Shown one piece after another: positions 17,332 through 27,528 of a stretch of DNA of 64,000 nucleotides; position 1 is the first letter of the stretch, and each line of letters opens with the position of its first letter. The stretch comes from an uncultured Solirubrobacterales bacterium (lineage in GTDB: Bacteria > Actinomycetota > Thermoleophilia > Solirubrobacterales > 70-9), in NCBI GenBank assembly GCA_963846565.1, contig CAWJWL010000001.1:487013-551012 (forward strand). The letters are read 5' to 3'. The notes beneath the pieces are model-generated. The model ran no database searches. It was not told where the DNA came from and saw only the letters and a program-made list of their open reading frames with translations. Both the position numbers and the translations under genes were made by a program.

Positions 17332-18912
17332 TTGACTCACGACGCTCCCACCCACCGGCCGACGGCCGTTTCCGCGCGCGTCGCGATCCTCGCGACAGCC
17401 GCGCTCACGGCCATCTTCGGACTTCCCGCGCTCTCGTCCGCCGGCGCTGTCGAGGGCTCCGCCGTCGCGGAGCCGGGCAACGGCGTCACCGGTGGCGTCC
17501 CCGCCAGGGTCGCTCTGCGGCGCGCCGAGGCGGCCGTGAACCCGGATCCCGGCGCCGAACCCGCCCGCGACGCGACCATCGCCCTGCGCGACCTCGCGCA
17601 TGCGTTCCCGCGCCTCGAGGGCGCCAACCGCCGCGCGGCCCGCGGCCTGCTCGCCCGGCCGACCGACAAGAACGACCCGCAGCGCGACAGCTACAAGACC
17701 GCGGAGGCGGCGCCGCTGTGCTCGGCGAACTTCTGCGTCCACTACGTCGCCGGCACCGGCGACGCGCCGAACCTCGCGGACGTCGCTCCGGCCAACGGCG
17801 TCCCCGACTACGTCGAGGCGGTTTCGGCGGCGGCGGAGACGTCGTTCGTGGTCGAGAACGGAACGCTCGGCTGGCCCGACGCGAAGTCGGATGGCAACCT
17901 CGGCGGGGGCGGCGAGGGCCTCGTCGACATCTACCTCGCCGACATCGGCAACGACGGCCTCTTCGGCTATGCGGCGCCCGACCCGCCGCCGAGCCAGCGC
18001 TGCGGCCGGAAGTGCTTCGCCTATCTCGTGCTCGACAACGATTACGCGCCGGACGAGTTCAACTATCCGGACCCGGGGATCCCGCTGCGGGTGACGATGG
18101 CGCACGAGTACAACCACGTTCTTCAGTTCAACCTCGACGCGATCCAGGACGGCTGGCTGTTCGAATCGACCGCGACCTGGGCGGAGGAGAAGGTCTTCCC
18201 GAACGACAACGACTACATCAACTACCTGCGGAAGTTCGCGCGGACGCCGTCGACGCCGATCACCAACTTCAACGGCGCCGGCGGGCTGAAGATCTACGGC
18301 CTCGCGACCTTCCAGCACTGGCTCGACACCGGTGCGGGCAACTTCGGTCCCTCGGTCAACCTCGGCAACTGGACGCTGTCGACGAAGACGCGGCCGAAGG
18401 ACTTCGCCGTCGCCTCCGTCGATGCCTCGATCCGCCAGCGCGGCGGCCAGGGCTTCGCGCAGGAGTTCTCGGAGTTCGCCGCGGCGAGCGCCGAGTGGAA
18501 GACGGCCGGGCCGTTCCCGGATGCGGCGGCCTACCCCGACGTGAAGCGCAAGGGTGCGCTGAAGCCGGGTGGCAACGCGAACCTGACGCTCGATCACACC
18601 GCCTACCAGCTGCTCAACGTCTCGGCTGCCGGCGCCTCCTCCGTCACCCTGCGGGTGAAGGGTGAGCGGGGCGTGACCACAGGCGTCGCCCTCGTCGGGC
18701 GCGACGACCAGACGGCGACCGTGACCACGCAGCTGCGGCTCCTGAAGAAGGGCGGCAAGGGCACCGTGACGCTGCCGAACGCGGCCAACTTCGAGCGGAT
18801 CACCGCCGTCGTCGTCAACGCCGACGGGACCACGATCGGGTTCTCGCAGGCCGACGGCGACTGGGTCTACTCCAAGGACAACATCCGCTTCACGGCGACG
18901 CTGACGAAGTAG
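17332..18912 (+). CDS. Secreted putative zinc metalloprotease
   Basis: TTG start. Signal peptide. The single HExxH is in MAHEYNHVLQF. Confidence 0.6.
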   Translation: MTHDAPTHRPTAVSARVAILATAALTAIFGLPALSSAGAVEGSAVAEPGNGVTGGVPARVALRRAEAAVNPDPGAEPARDATIALRDLAHAFPRLEGANRRAARGLLARPTDKNDPQRDSYKTAEAAPLCSANFCVHYVAGTGDAPNLADVAPANGVPDYVEAVSAAAETSFVVENGTLGWPDAKSDGNLGGGGEGLVDIYLADIGNDGLFGYAAPDPPPSQRCGRKCFAYLVLDNDYAPDEFNYPDPGIPLRVTMAHEYNHVLQFNLDAIQDGWLFESTATWAEEKVFPNDNDYINYLRKFARTPSTPITNFNGAGGLKIYGLATFQHWLDTGAGNFGPSVNLGNWTLSTKTRPKDFAVASVDASIRQRGGQGFAQEFSEFAAASAEWKTAGPFPDAAAYPDVKRKGALKPGGNANLTLDHTAYQLLNVSAAGASSVTLRVKGERGVTTGVALVGRDDQTATVTTQLRLLKKGGKGTVTLPNAANFERITAVVVNADGTTIGFSQADGDWVYSKDNIRFTATLTK

Positions 18913-20125
18913 CGGCCTCGGCGAGTCGTGCGCGCAGGGCGGTCAGGCGCGCGCACGACTCGACCATCCGCTCGCGCAGCTTCGGACTCCGCAGGGCGCT
19001 GCGCTCGAGCGCGGCGAAGGCCTCGCCGCCGTCGGTGAGCGCGAGCAGGACGAGGTCGACGCCGGAATCCACCGCGGCGAGCGCCGCGGCGGTTTCGTCG
19101 TAGCCGGCGCCGGCGATCGCAACGGCACCGAGATCGTCACTGACGACCACGCCTCCGTAGCCGAGCTGATCGCGCAGGAGCTTGTCGACGACCCGGCGGG
19201 AGAGCGACGCCGGGGCGGCGCCGTCGTAGGCGGGGTACACCGCGTTAGCGACCATGATCAGCGGGACTCCGGCCTCGATCGCCGCCTCGAATGGCTCCAG
19301 ATCGGACTCGAGTGCTCCGCGCGAGCCTTCGACAGCGCTCGACTCGAAGTCGGTATTGGCAATCGCCCGTCCGAGTCCCGGGAAATGCTTTGCCGTCGCC
19401 GCGACGCCGGCTTCGGCGAGACCGTCGGCGAAGGCGAGACCGAGCTCGGCGGCGCGCCCGGAACGGTCGGAGAACGCACGGGTGGTCATGAACGAGCCCT
19501 CCGCCGGCACGTCGAGAACCGGCGCGAGGTCGACGTCGATCCCGATCGCCGCCAGTGCCTCGCCGGTCTCGAGCCCCTGATCGCGTGCGAGCGAAGCGCC
19601 GCCCTCGGCGTCGATGTCGACCGGAGCAACGTCCGGCGGCTCGGCGGGGAATCGCTTCACCTCGCCGCCCTCCTGGTCGGTCGCGACCAGCGGCTCGGGG
19701 TAACCGCTCTTCCTCGCCGCCTTACGCAGTCGCTCGACCTCGGCCCCGACCGCCTGCGGGTCGGCGCCCTCAGGCGGGAAGAGGACGACGCCTCCGAGCT
19801 CGCCGCGGCGGGCCCGCCGAAGCAGCTCCTCGGTGGCGACCCCCTCCATCCGCACCATCAGCAGCTGTCCTGCGAGGCGGGCGTCATCGTCGGCAATCGC
19901 CGCGGGGCAGGCGGGCGGGGCAGGGGCACCCGCCGTCTCGCCGGCCCCTGAGCCCGGGGCAGACGGCGTGTCGGAGCCGCCGCCCGCGCCGACCGCCACG
20001 CCCGCGATCGCCGCCAGGGCCGCGAGTCCGCCGAGCGCGAACCGGCGCCGGCGGATGATCAGAGCCCGCCGCCGGCGCTCGTGCTCCCGCTGCCTAGAGC
20101 CTGTTTGGCGCGGGGCGCTGCTCAC
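18890..20125 (-). CDS. Glycoside hydrolase family 3 N-terminal domain protein (NagZ-like beta-N-acetylhexosaminidase), exported
   Basis: RRRRF Tat-like signal. VATDQEGGEVKRF, KHFPGLG and VVSDDLG motifs. Confidence 0.85.
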   Translation of the reverse strand: MSSAPRQTGSRQREHERRRRALIIRRRRFALGGLAALAAIAGVAVGAGGGSDTPSAPGSGAGETAGAPAPPACPAAIADDDARLAGQLLMVRMEGVATEELLRRARRGELGGVVLFPPEGADPQAVGAEVERLRKAARKSGYPEPLVATDQEGGEVKRFPAEPPDVAPVDIDAEGGASLARDQGLETGEALAAIGIDVDLAPVLDVPAEGSFMTTRAFSDRSGRAAELGLAFADGLAEAGVAATAKHFPGLGRAIANTDFESSAVEGSRGALESDLEPFEAAIEAGVPLIMVANAVYPAYDGAAPASLSRRVVDKLLRDQLGYGGVVVSDDLGAVAIAGAGYDETAAALAAVDSGVDLVLLALTDGGEAFAALERSALRSPKLRERMVESCARLTALRARLAEAATSSASP

Positions 20126-20816
20126 GCCTGTCGGTTCCCTGGCGACCGAGGTTGCTGACGATCAGGGCGACGACCGTGACGAGGTAGATCTGCCCGAAGA
20201 GCTGCTCGGTGATCGCGACCGAACGCGCCGGGTCGGACTCCGGGGACAGGTCGCCGTAGCCCGTCGTCGTCATCGTCGTGAAGCTGAAGTAGAGGTAGTC
20301 CGACTGGTCGGCGTCGATGTGCTGCGCGAACACCGGCTCGTCGGAAAGCGAGCTGATGATCCCGTACGTGTAGGAGAACGCCATCCCGATCAGCAGGTAG
20401 ATGCAGAGGCCGGCGAACATCGTCGTCAGGGTCACCCCGCCGGCGGCGCGGTAGTGGCGCACCATGCCGGCGAAGACGGCGAGCGGCGCGATCACCACGA
20501 GCATCAGGCCGACGGCCCGCGTGGTGAGGACGCCGAGCTCCCCCGAGCCCAGCAGGATGCCCGCCGCGCTCAGGCAGGCGACGACGGTCAACGCGGTGAC
20601 CGCGCGGATGATCGAGGGCCGGATCCCGGAGACGTGGAGCGCCGCCAAGAGCGTGACGCTCTGGACGACGAGCGTGACCAAGCGCGCGAATCCGGTGTCC
20701 GGCGCGCCGAGTTGAAAGCCGAGCGCGATCGCGATCAACAGCAGGACGAGGCCGAAGCCGGAGCCGCGAAGGCGCTCGTGCGGCAGGGGCGCATTCGGGT
20801 CGAAGATGGCCGGCAT
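20094..20816 (-). CDS. Potassium channel family protein
   Basis: Selectivity filter TMTTTGYGD plus multiple TM segments. Confidence 0.85.
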   Translation of the reverse strand: MPAIFDPNAPLPHERLRGSGFGLVLLLIAIALGFQLGAPDTGFARLVTLVVQSVTLLAALHVSGIRPSIIRAVTALTVVACLSAAGILLGSGELGVLTTRAVGLMLVVIAPLAVFAGMVRHYRAAGGVTLTTMFAGLCIYLLIGMAFSYTYGIISSLSDEPVFAQHIDADQSDYLYFSFTTMTTTGYGDLSPESDPARSVAITEQLFGQIYLVTVVALIVSNLGRQGTDRREQRPAPNRL

Positions 20817-20855
20817 CGACCGCTACCTATACGCGGCGCGCCGGACGCAAGCAGG

Positions 20856-21110
20856 TCAGTGTCCGGCGCCGGCGACGGGGAGGCCGCGTGCGACCCGCGA
20901 GAGGCTCCAAGCCGAGACGAGCGCCCAGACGCTCTCGAGCAGGAGGAACCCCCACTGGCTCTCGTGCCAGGCGAGGACGGCGAGGACGAGCGAGCCGAGG
21001 AGGTTGAGCACGAGGTAGGCATAGGAGTCGAGCCGCATCCAGCCCGCCTGGGCGGCCGCGAACGCGGTCAGGATCAGCAATGCGCCGACGACCTGGATCA
21101 CCTGGTCCAT
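20856..21110 (-). CDS. Small membrane protein (84 aa, 3 predicted TM segments)
   Basis: Hydrophobic helices and coding-like G/C-rich third positions. Confidence 0.5.
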   Translation of the reverse strand: MDQVIQVVGALLILTAFAAAQAGWMRLDSYAYLVLNLLGSLVLAVLAWHESQWGFLLLESVWALVSAWSLSRVARGLPVAGAGH

Positions 21111-21202
21111 GGACCGCGGAGGCTAACTGTCCCCCGGCTGACCCGACAAGAGCGGACGCGAAGCGGAGTATTTTTGTCGGAACGTCATATATTCCGCGGT
21201 CG

Positions 21203-21622
21203 ATGGCAGCGGACGAATACAGGGTCGAGGTCGACCTCGACGACGAGGCCCACGGACATCCGTTCTCGGAGCGCCTCGCCGCGCTCGACCTGGACGAGGA
21301 GGTCGCCGAGCGCCTGGGCGGGCGCGTGATCGTCACCCGCGACGGCCCGCACATGTTCGTCTACACGGAGACTCGCGAGGCGGCCGCGGAGGCGGAGCGG
21401 GTCGTGAGCGAGACGCTCACCGAGGACGGCCTCTACGCCGACGTGCGCGTCACCCGCTGGAACCCGGGCACCTCGCAGTGGCAGGAGGGCGACGCCCCGG
21501 TGGACGAGTCGGCGCCGGAGCCGGACTACGCCGCGGCGGCGGAGGAGGAGGGCGTGAAGACGCCGCTCTTCGTCTACGTCGAGGGGCACGAGCCCCGGTT
21601 CATGCGCGACCTCGGCGTCTGA
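21203..21622 (+). CDS. Acidic hypothetical protein
   Basis: Start at MAADEYRVEVD. No family recognised. Confidence 0.5.
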   Translation: MAADEYRVEVDLDDEAHGHPFSERLAALDLDEEVAERLGGRVIVTRDGPHMFVYTETREAAAEAERVVSETLTEDGLYADVRVTRWNPGTSQWQEGDAPVDESAPEPDYAAAAEEEGVKTPLFVYVEGHEPRFMRDLGV

Positions 21623-21623
21623 G

Positions 21624-23072
21624 CTAGACCCGGGTCGATTTCGGCGCCCGCGAAGCCGCGGCGCTGCGCGTGGTGCCCCGCGTCCCTGCGGCCCCCCGCG
21701 CGGCGGCCAGCGTCTCCGCGAGCGTCGTCTCGAGGTCGCCGGCGAGCGAGTCGAGGTCGGGCATCGCGTCGAAGTCGCCGACGAGGCCGAAGTTGAGCTG
21801 CCCGTCGTAGCTCAGGATCCCGAAGCAGAGCGCCTGGCGGCGCGCCAGCGGGACCATCGGGAAGACGGCCTCGACCCGGCGCCCGAGCAGGTAAAGCGGG
21901 AACTGCGGCCCGGGGATGTTGGTGACGACGAGGTTGAAGAAGCGCTGGCGCGGCTGCAGACGGGCCGCCTGCCCGGCGATCGTCGGCGGCGCGAAGTCGG
22001 TGAGCTCGGTCATCAGCGTCGCGCCGACCGCCTGTTTCGACTGCTTCAGGTCACCCATCGTCTCGCTGACCCGTGAGAGCCGCTCGAGCGGATCGGTGAT
22101 CCCGACGGGCAGCGGGGCGAGGAAGGAGGAGACCCGGTTGCCGAGCGCGCCGTGCTCGTCCTCGCCGCGGACGCTGATCGGGACCATGGCCCGCAGGTCC
22201 TCCTGCGTCGAGTAGCCGCGGGCACGCAGGTAGCGGCCCAGGGCGCCGGCGACGACCGAGAGGACGACGTCGTTGACCGTCCCGCCGACCGCGTTCTTGA
22301 TCTCCTTCACCTCGCCGAGATCGGCGCTGAAGGTGGCGAAGCGGCGGTAGGGGCCGATCTCGACGTTCAGCGGCGAGGCGGGAGCACCGACGCCGGCGCG
22401 GGCGAAAGCCCCCGCGGCCTCGAGCGCGTCGAGGGCGCCGCGCGCCGCGCGCCGGGGGCCTCGGAAGACGCGGCGGGCCCCGCGGGCGAGCTCGGCCGGG
22501 GTGGTGGCGCGCTCCACCCATGCGTCCGCGACGAGTTCCGCATCGCTGGGTTCGGGCCGCGGCGTCCACGGCGTGGACGGCTCGGCGGCCGGGGTGGGCT
22601 CGGGGGAGGCGTCGAAGAGCACGGTGCTTATGTCAACACCCGAAACGCCGTCGACGAGGCAGTGGTGGCTCTTTCCGACCACCGCGAAACGGTCCCCCGC
22701 GAGGCCGTCGACCAGCCACATCTCCCACAACGGCTTCGAGCGGTCGAGGCGCTGCGAGAAGACCCGCGCCGCGAGCGTCCGCAGCTCCTCCTCGCCGCCG
22801 GGATCGGGCAGTGCGCTGTGGCGAACGTGGTACGTGAGGTTGAACTGGGGGTCGTCGACCCACAGCGGCCGACCCTGGGCGAGGGGGACGAATCGGAGCT
22901 TCTGGCGGAAGCGCGGGACCAGGTGGAGGCGAGACTCGATGTGCTCGCGGTACTCGTCGTAGGAGGGGGGAGGACCCTCGAAAATCGTCGTCGAAGCGAC
23001 GTGCATGTGCGCGGGGCCGCGCTCGAGATGCAGGAACGAGGCGTCGAGGCCGGTGAGACGGTCGCGGTTCAC
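21624..23072 (-). CDS. Wax ester synthase / diacylglycerol acyltransferase (WS/DGAT)
   Basis: Catalytic HHCLVDGVSG (HHxxxDG). Family-typical N-terminus LDASFLHLE. Confidence 0.9.
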   Translation of the reverse strand: MNRDRLTGLDASFLHLERGPAHMHVASTTIFEGPPPSYDEYREHIESRLHLVPRFRQKLRFVPLAQGRPLWVDDPQFNLTYHVRHSALPDPGGEEELRTLAARVFSQRLDRSKPLWEMWLVDGLAGDRFAVVGKSHHCLVDGVSGVDISTVLFDASPEPTPAAEPSTPWTPRPEPSDAELVADAWVERATTPAELARGARRVFRGPRRAARGALDALEAAGAFARAGVGAPASPLNVEIGPYRRFATFSADLGEVKEIKNAVGGTVNDVVLSVVAGALGRYLRARGYSTQEDLRAMVPISVRGEDEHGALGNRVSSFLAPLPVGITDPLERLSRVSETMGDLKQSKQAVGATLMTELTDFAPPTIAGQAARLQPRQRFFNLVVTNIPGPQFPLYLLGRRVEAVFPMVPLARRQALCFGILSYDGQLNFGLVGDFDAMPDLDSLAGDLETTLAETLAAARGAAGTRGTTRSAAASRAPKSTRV

Positions 23073-23238
23073 GGCAGCGATTCTCCCAAACCATGAAGTA
23101 GGTGACGGGTATCACACATGTTCCTCCATCTCGCTCCTACCCTGGCCGGCCCCCTGAGAAAGCGACTACCTGCAAATCGCCCCTCTCGTTGAGCGTATGC
23201 CCGGGGTGAGTGGGGGGGACCGGAAGGACGGAATCACG

Positions 23239-24186
23239 ATGCGACGTTTCCGCAGGCGGCGGAGGCGCGCGGTGGCGCTCGCGCTGCTGCCCTTTGCCGC
23301 GCTGATCACGACACAGACCGAAGCGACGGCCGACGACGCGCCGCGCCAGGCCCAGATCGACTCCTCGCGTGCCAGCGTGGCGTTCGGCGAGGCCGTCACC
23401 CTGCGTGGAAGCTTCGCGGATGCCGCCGAGGCACCGGTGGAGATCCGCTACCGCGCCAACGGCGCCGAGAACTGGCGGACCGCCGCCCGCACCCGGACCG
23501 GCGCGGGAGGCGCCTTCCGCGTCTCGGTGAAGCCGCGCCGAAGCGGCGTCTGGCGGGCGCAGCTCGCGACCGCGGCGGGCAGCCAGGCTGCGGCGGCGAC
23601 CTTTTCGGCCGCCGTCGACCGGGCGAGCCCCGGTGAGCGGATCGCGGTCCGCGCGCGGACGACCGCGTCGGTCTCCGGGCGCCACAAGACCGTCGGTGAG
23701 ACCCTCAAGGTGCGCGGCACCGTCGCCCCGGCGGGCGCAAAGCGGCGCGTGATCGTCCGGATCGGCTCCGAGAGGGAAACGGTGACGGCGGGACGCGACG
23801 GACGCTTTGTCGTCAGCACCACGGCGCCCTCAGCGGGCGAGTACCCGGTGCGCGTGAGGGCGCGCGGGAACCAGCTCGCGGGCGGCTCGCGCGACCGCGC
23901 CGGCAAGTTCACCGTCTACCGACCGGCCGCCGCGTCCTGGTACGGGCCCGGCCTCTACGGCAACACGATGGCCTGCGGCGGAGCGCTGACGCCGGCGACC
24001 ACCGGCGTCGCCCATAAGACCCTGCCGTGCGGGACGAAGCTGACGCTCCGCTACGGCGACCGCTCGGTGGACGTGCGGGTTGTCGACCGTGGCCCGTTCG
24101 CGGGCAACCGCGAGTTCGACCTCACCTCGGCGACGAGGAGCGCGCTCGGCTTCCCCGACGTCGGCACCGTGCTCAGCTCGCGCTGA
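23239..24186 (+). CDS. Exported RlpA-like double-psi beta-barrel (lytic transglycosylase-like) protein
   Basis: Signal MRRFRRRRRRAVALALLPFAAL. C-terminal ASWYGPGLYGNTMACGG...VAHKTLPCGTKLTLRYGDRSVDVRVVDRGPF. Confidence 0.85.
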   Translation: MRRFRRRRRRAVALALLPFAALITTQTEATADDAPRQAQIDSSRASVAFGEAVTLRGSFADAAEAPVEIRYRANGAENWRTAARTRTGAGGAFRVSVKPRRSGVWRAQLATAAGSQAAAATFSAAVDRASPGERIAVRARTTASVSGRHKTVGETLKVRGTVAPAGAKRRVIVRIGSERETVTAGRDGRFVVSTTAPSAGEYPVRVRARGNQLAGGSRDRAGKFTVYRPAAASWYGPGLYGNTMACGGALTPATTGVAHKTLPCGTKLTLRYGDRSVDVRVVDRGPFAGNREFDLTSATRSALGFPDVGTVLSSR

Positions 24187-24193
24187 CCGCGCG

Positions 24194-24236
24194 GGCCCCC
24201 GGGGCCGGTGGGTAGGGCCCCGGGGGCCTTCTTTAG
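24194..24236 (+). terminator. Strong intrinsic terminator after the rlpA-like gene
   Basis: 13-bp stem GGCCCCCGGGGCC (24194-24206) / GGCCCCGGGGGCC (24216-24228) followed by TTCTTT. Confidence 0.8.
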
Positions 24237-24249
24237 ACTGGAGCGGCCG

Positions 24250-24549
24250 ATGGCATCCGCCGAGAGCAAGAACCTGGAAGCGATCTCGAAGGCGATCGAT
24301 GATCACAACGCCGGCTGCCCCTGGCCGGCCGCCGAGGTCCGGATGAGCCCGTTCGAGGTCGAGCGCCTCGGCTGGGAGGAGATCCGCGGCCTGCCGATCG
24401 TCGCCGACCCCAACCTCGGCACGGGCCGCTTCCGGATCATCTGCTCCCGCGACCAGGAGGGCGAGGGCCTCGAGGAGACCGAGGCAATCGGCCGCCCGCT
24501 CGAGGTCGGCGTCGGGACGGACGCCCCGCCCGTAATCCCGCCGGTTTAG
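24250..24549 (+). CDS. Hypothetical protein (99 aa)
   Basis: Start at MASAESKN. Coding-like composition. No family recognised. Confidence 0.45.
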   Translation: MASAESKNLEAISKAIDDHNAGCPWPAAEVRMSPFEVERLGWEEIRGLPIVADPNLGTGRFRIICSRDQEGEGLEETEAIGRPLEVGVGTDAPPVIPPV

Positions 24550-24648
24550 CCACAAACGCCCGTCCCTCACGCAGCCCGCGCACGCCCGGAGGCGGGAGCC
24601 GAGGACGTGGCGCGGAATTTGAGGGCGGCCGAAGGCCGCCCGGTCCTC

Positions 24649-25368
24649 CTACTGATCCAAGCCCAGCTCCTGCGTCAATCGCTGCGCTTCGATGTTCAGC
24701 TGGAAGAACTCTCCCGTCAGGATCAGGACGCCCATTGCGATCAGGATCAAGCCGCCGACGACGGTTATCGCCCGGTAGTGGCGCTTGATCACTGCGAACG
24801 CGGAGGTCATCTTCGTGAAGGCGAGCGCCGTGAGCAGGAAGGGGATCGCGAGCCCGGCCGAGTAGACGACGAGGAGCAGCAGGCCCTCGAACATGTCGCT
24901 CTGGACCGATGCGAGGGCGTTGATCGAGGCCAGCGTGGGCCCGACGCACGGGGTCCACGCGATCGAGAACGCGGCCCCCGCGACGATCGGCCCGCCCTTC
25001 GAGGCCCGCTCCATCAGGGCCTCGACCCGCCACTCGCGGTTGAGCTTGACGATGAACATGCTGGCGATGAAGAGCACGCCCATCGCGATCATCAGGATGC
25101 CCGCGATCTTCTCGAGCGTGTCCTGGCTCTCGCGCAGGGCCTCGCCGACCGCGGTCGCGGTCAGACCGAGGAGGATGAAGATGGTCGAGAAGGAGGCGAC
25201 GAAGAGCAGTGCGGGGCCGAGCACCTGCCGCGTGCTCGCGCCCTCGAGCTCAGCCGGCTCGAGACCGGTGATCGCCGAGAGGTAGCCGGGTACGAGCGGG
25301 AGCACGCAGGGGGAGAGGAAGGAGATCAGTCCGGCCCATAGAGCGGTGAAGATGCCGACGTCGCCCAT
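24649..25368 (-). CDS. ccdA: Cytochrome c biogenesis thiol:disulfide transporter CcdA
   Basis: SFLSPCVLPLVPGY and the second Cys in WTPCVGP. Confidence 0.9.
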   Translation of the reverse strand: MGDVGIFTALWAGLISFLSPCVLPLVPGYLSAITGLEPAELEGASTRQVLGPALLFVASFSTIFILLGLTATAVGEALRESQDTLEKIAGILMIAMGVLFIASMFIVKLNREWRVEALMERASKGGPIVAGAAFSIAWTPCVGPTLASINALASVQSDMFEGLLLLVVYSAGLAIPFLLTALAFTKMTSAFAVIKRHYRAITVVGGLILIAMGVLILTGEFFQLNIEAQRLTQELGLDQ

Positions 25369-25399
25369 CGCCGAAATTGTGGCGCGACACGGCTGAGCG

Positions 25400-26158
25400 T
25401 CAGCTCAGCGCTGCCGCGAGCCTGCGCCGGTGCTCCCTCGCGAGCGGGTGGTCGGCGCCGAGCTCGGTGAAGATCGCGACCATCACCCGGCGGATCAGGT
25501 CGCGGCGCTCGGAGTCGGGCTCCTCCTCGATCGCCGACTGCAGAGCCTCGAGCGCCCCTTCGTGATCGCCGGAGTCCCAGGCCGAGAACGCCGTCTGCAG
25601 GTCCTCCGACCCGCCTGACGCGAGCTCGAGCCGGCCGGCGAGGCCGTCGATGAGGAAATTGCCGGCGAAGCGGCCGAAGAGCTCGGAAGCCTCGTCGTTC
25701 TCGCCGCGCTCGACCAGCAGCCGCCCGAGCGCTGCGGCTGCTTCGGGATGGCGCGGGTTGAGCTCGAGCGCCTGGCGGAGCGATGCCTCATCGCCCGCTT
25801 CGGTGAGTCGGTCCGCCTTCGAGGGGACGAGCTGATTGAGGAACTCCTCGATCTGCGCCGGCGGGATCGCGCCGGTGAACTCGGCGACCACCTGTCCGTC
25901 CTTGAAGGCCTTCACCGCGGGAATCCCGCGGATGTCGAAGCTCGCGGCGAGGCTCTGGTTGGCATCGGTGTCGATCTTCGCCAACTCGACCTCGCCGTCG
26001 CGCATGGCGACCGCGCTTTCGAGGGCCGGGCCGAGCTGCCGGCACGGCCCGCACCACTCGGCCCAGAAGTCGACGACGACCGGGATCTCCTTCGAGCGCT
26101 CGACGACATCGGCGACGAAGTTCTCCTGGGTGATGTCCTTGACCGCAGGCACGGACAA
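25400..26158 (-). CDS. Thioredoxin-domain + TPR co-chaperone (YbbN-like)
   Basis: WAEWCGPC active site followed by a helical TPR-like C-terminus. Confidence 0.85.
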   Translation of the reverse strand: MSVPAVKDITQENFVADVVERSKEIPVVVDFWAEWCGPCRQLGPALESAVAMRDGEVELAKIDTDANQSLAASFDIRGIPAVKAFKDGQVVAEFTGAIPPAQIEEFLNQLVPSKADRLTEAGDEASLRQALELNPRHPEAAAALGRLLVERGENDEASELFGRFAGNFLIDGLAGRLELASGGSEDLQTAFSAWDSGDHEGALEALQSAIEEEPDSERRDLIRRVMVAIFTELGADHPLAREHRRRLAAALS

Positions 26159-26219
26159 ACGAGGTTAGCGAGCGGGATCCGGCGCCTCCGCGACCCGAGC
26201 GCGCCAGAATGACGCTCCG

Positions 26220-26765
26220 ATGACGGACTCGCTCAGAGGCAAGCTGCTGGTCGCCTCGCCGGCGCTCGCGGACCCGAACTTCGCCCGTTCGGTCATCCTG
26301 ATCACCGAGCACAACGACGAGGGAGCGATGGGCGTCGTCCTCAATCGGCCCTCAGAGACCGACGTGGGGGAGGTGGCGCCGGAGCTGGCGCCGGTGACCG
26401 ACGGCGAGCCGGTGTTCATCGGCGGGCCGGTGCAACCCAAGGCGCTCGTCGTCCTCGCCGAGTTCTCCGAGCCCGAGGCGGCGGCCTGGATCGTCGCCGC
26501 CGATGTCGGCTTCGTCGCCGCGGAGACCGAGGGCGAGCGGCTCGAGCGCGCGGTGCGGAGGGGGCGGGTTTACGCCGGTTATTCGGGCTGGGGGGCGGGC
26601 CAGCTCGAGGCCGAGCTCGACGAGGAGGCCTGGATCGTCGAGCCGCCGCTGCCGGCGGAGCTGTTCCCGGACGACCCGAGTGCACTCTGGAGCGACGTGC
26701 TCGAGCGCAAGGGCGGGCAGTTCGCGCTGATCGCGCGGATGCCCGACGACCCGAGCCTCAACTGA
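26220..26765 (+). CDS. YqgE/AlgH family protein
   Basis: GKLLVASPALADPNFARSVILITEHNDEGAMGVVLNRP. Confidence 0.85.
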   Translation: MTDSLRGKLLVASPALADPNFARSVILITEHNDEGAMGVVLNRPSETDVGEVAPELAPVTDGEPVFIGGPVQPKALVVLAEFSEPEAAAWIVAADVGFVAAETEGERLERAVRRGRVYAGYSGWGAGQLEAELDEEAWIVEPPLPAELFPDDPSALWSDVLERKGGQFALIARMPDDPSLN

Positions 26766-26771
26766 GGCGTC

Positions 26772-27515
26772 TCAGCGCAGATAGTCGGCGAGCCCGTCGG
26801 CGAGCGCCTCGGCGATCCGCTGGCGAAAGCGGCCCGAGCTCAGCTTTCGCGCGTCGGTGGAGTTGCGCATGTTGCCCGATTCGATGAAGACCTTTGGCAC
26901 GTCTGAGAGGCGCAGGCCGCCGAGATCGGAGCGCTCGTCGAGCCCGCCGGAGCCCAGGTAGGTGGAAGTGGGGAGCCCGGTGCCGCGTTCATACGCGTCG
27001 CGGAGCGCCCGAGCGAGCTTGACCGATGGCCGGTAGATGTCGTCGGTCAGCCCGTTGATCTTCGTCGAGTAGATGACGTGGAAGCCGCGTCCCGAGTCCG
27101 GGCCGCCGTCGGCGTGGATCGAGATCGCGGCGTCGGAGTGCGCTCGGTTGCCGATCCGCGCCCGCTCGTTGATGCACGGCCCGACGCCGTTGTTGTTGCG
27201 CCGCGTCAGCACCACCTTGGCGCCGTCGTCGGTGAGCAGCCGGGAGAGGCGGCGGGCGACGTTCATCGTGTACGCGTACTCCGGGTATCCGGCGTCGGTC
27301 TCGGTCCCGGTCGTGTCGCACGCCTTGGTCTCGCCGTTGCCGATCGGGACGAGCTGGTTGATCTCGTCCGGGTTGGCGCCGTTCTCGCCGTTGTGCCCGG
27401 GGTCGATCGTCACCGTCTTGCCCGCGAGCGCGCCGTCGGCGGGCGCCTGTGGGCCGCGGTCGGCGGCGGACCCGGAGGCAAGGGCGAGCGCGGCGAGCAG
27501 CGTCAGAGCGATCAA
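26772..27515 (-). CDS. N-acetylmuramoyl-L-alanine amidase (Amidase_3), exported
   Basis: TIDPGHNGEN, YAYTMNVARRL and ISIHADG motifs. The start is uncertain: TTG 27515 is used here. The ATG at 27644 would overlap a better-coding small ORF. Confidence 0.8.
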   Translation of the reverse strand: MIALTLLAALALASGSAADRGPQAPADGALAGKTVTIDPGHNGENGANPDEINQLVPIGNGETKACDTTGTETDAGYPEYAYTMNVARRLSRLLTDDGAKVVLTRRNNNGVGPCINERARIGNRAHSDAAISIHADGGPDSGRGFHVIYSTKINGLTDDIYRPSVKLARALRDAYERGTGLPTSTYLGSGGLDERSDLGGLRLSDVPKVFIESGNMRNSTDARKLSSGRFRQRIAEALADGLADYLR

Positions 27516-27528
27516 AGGCGCTCGCCGC

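Noticed and set aside
23073-23238. Possible ydaO-type c-di-AMP riboswitch upstream of the rlpA-like cell-wall gene. Fragments GGGGTGAGT and GGGGGGACC are present.
   Set aside because: The order and spacing of the motif fragments do not follow the ydaO consensus as I remember it, and the 3' ACCCG...CAGCUAAC-type element is not in the right place. It cannot be called without a covariance-model scan.
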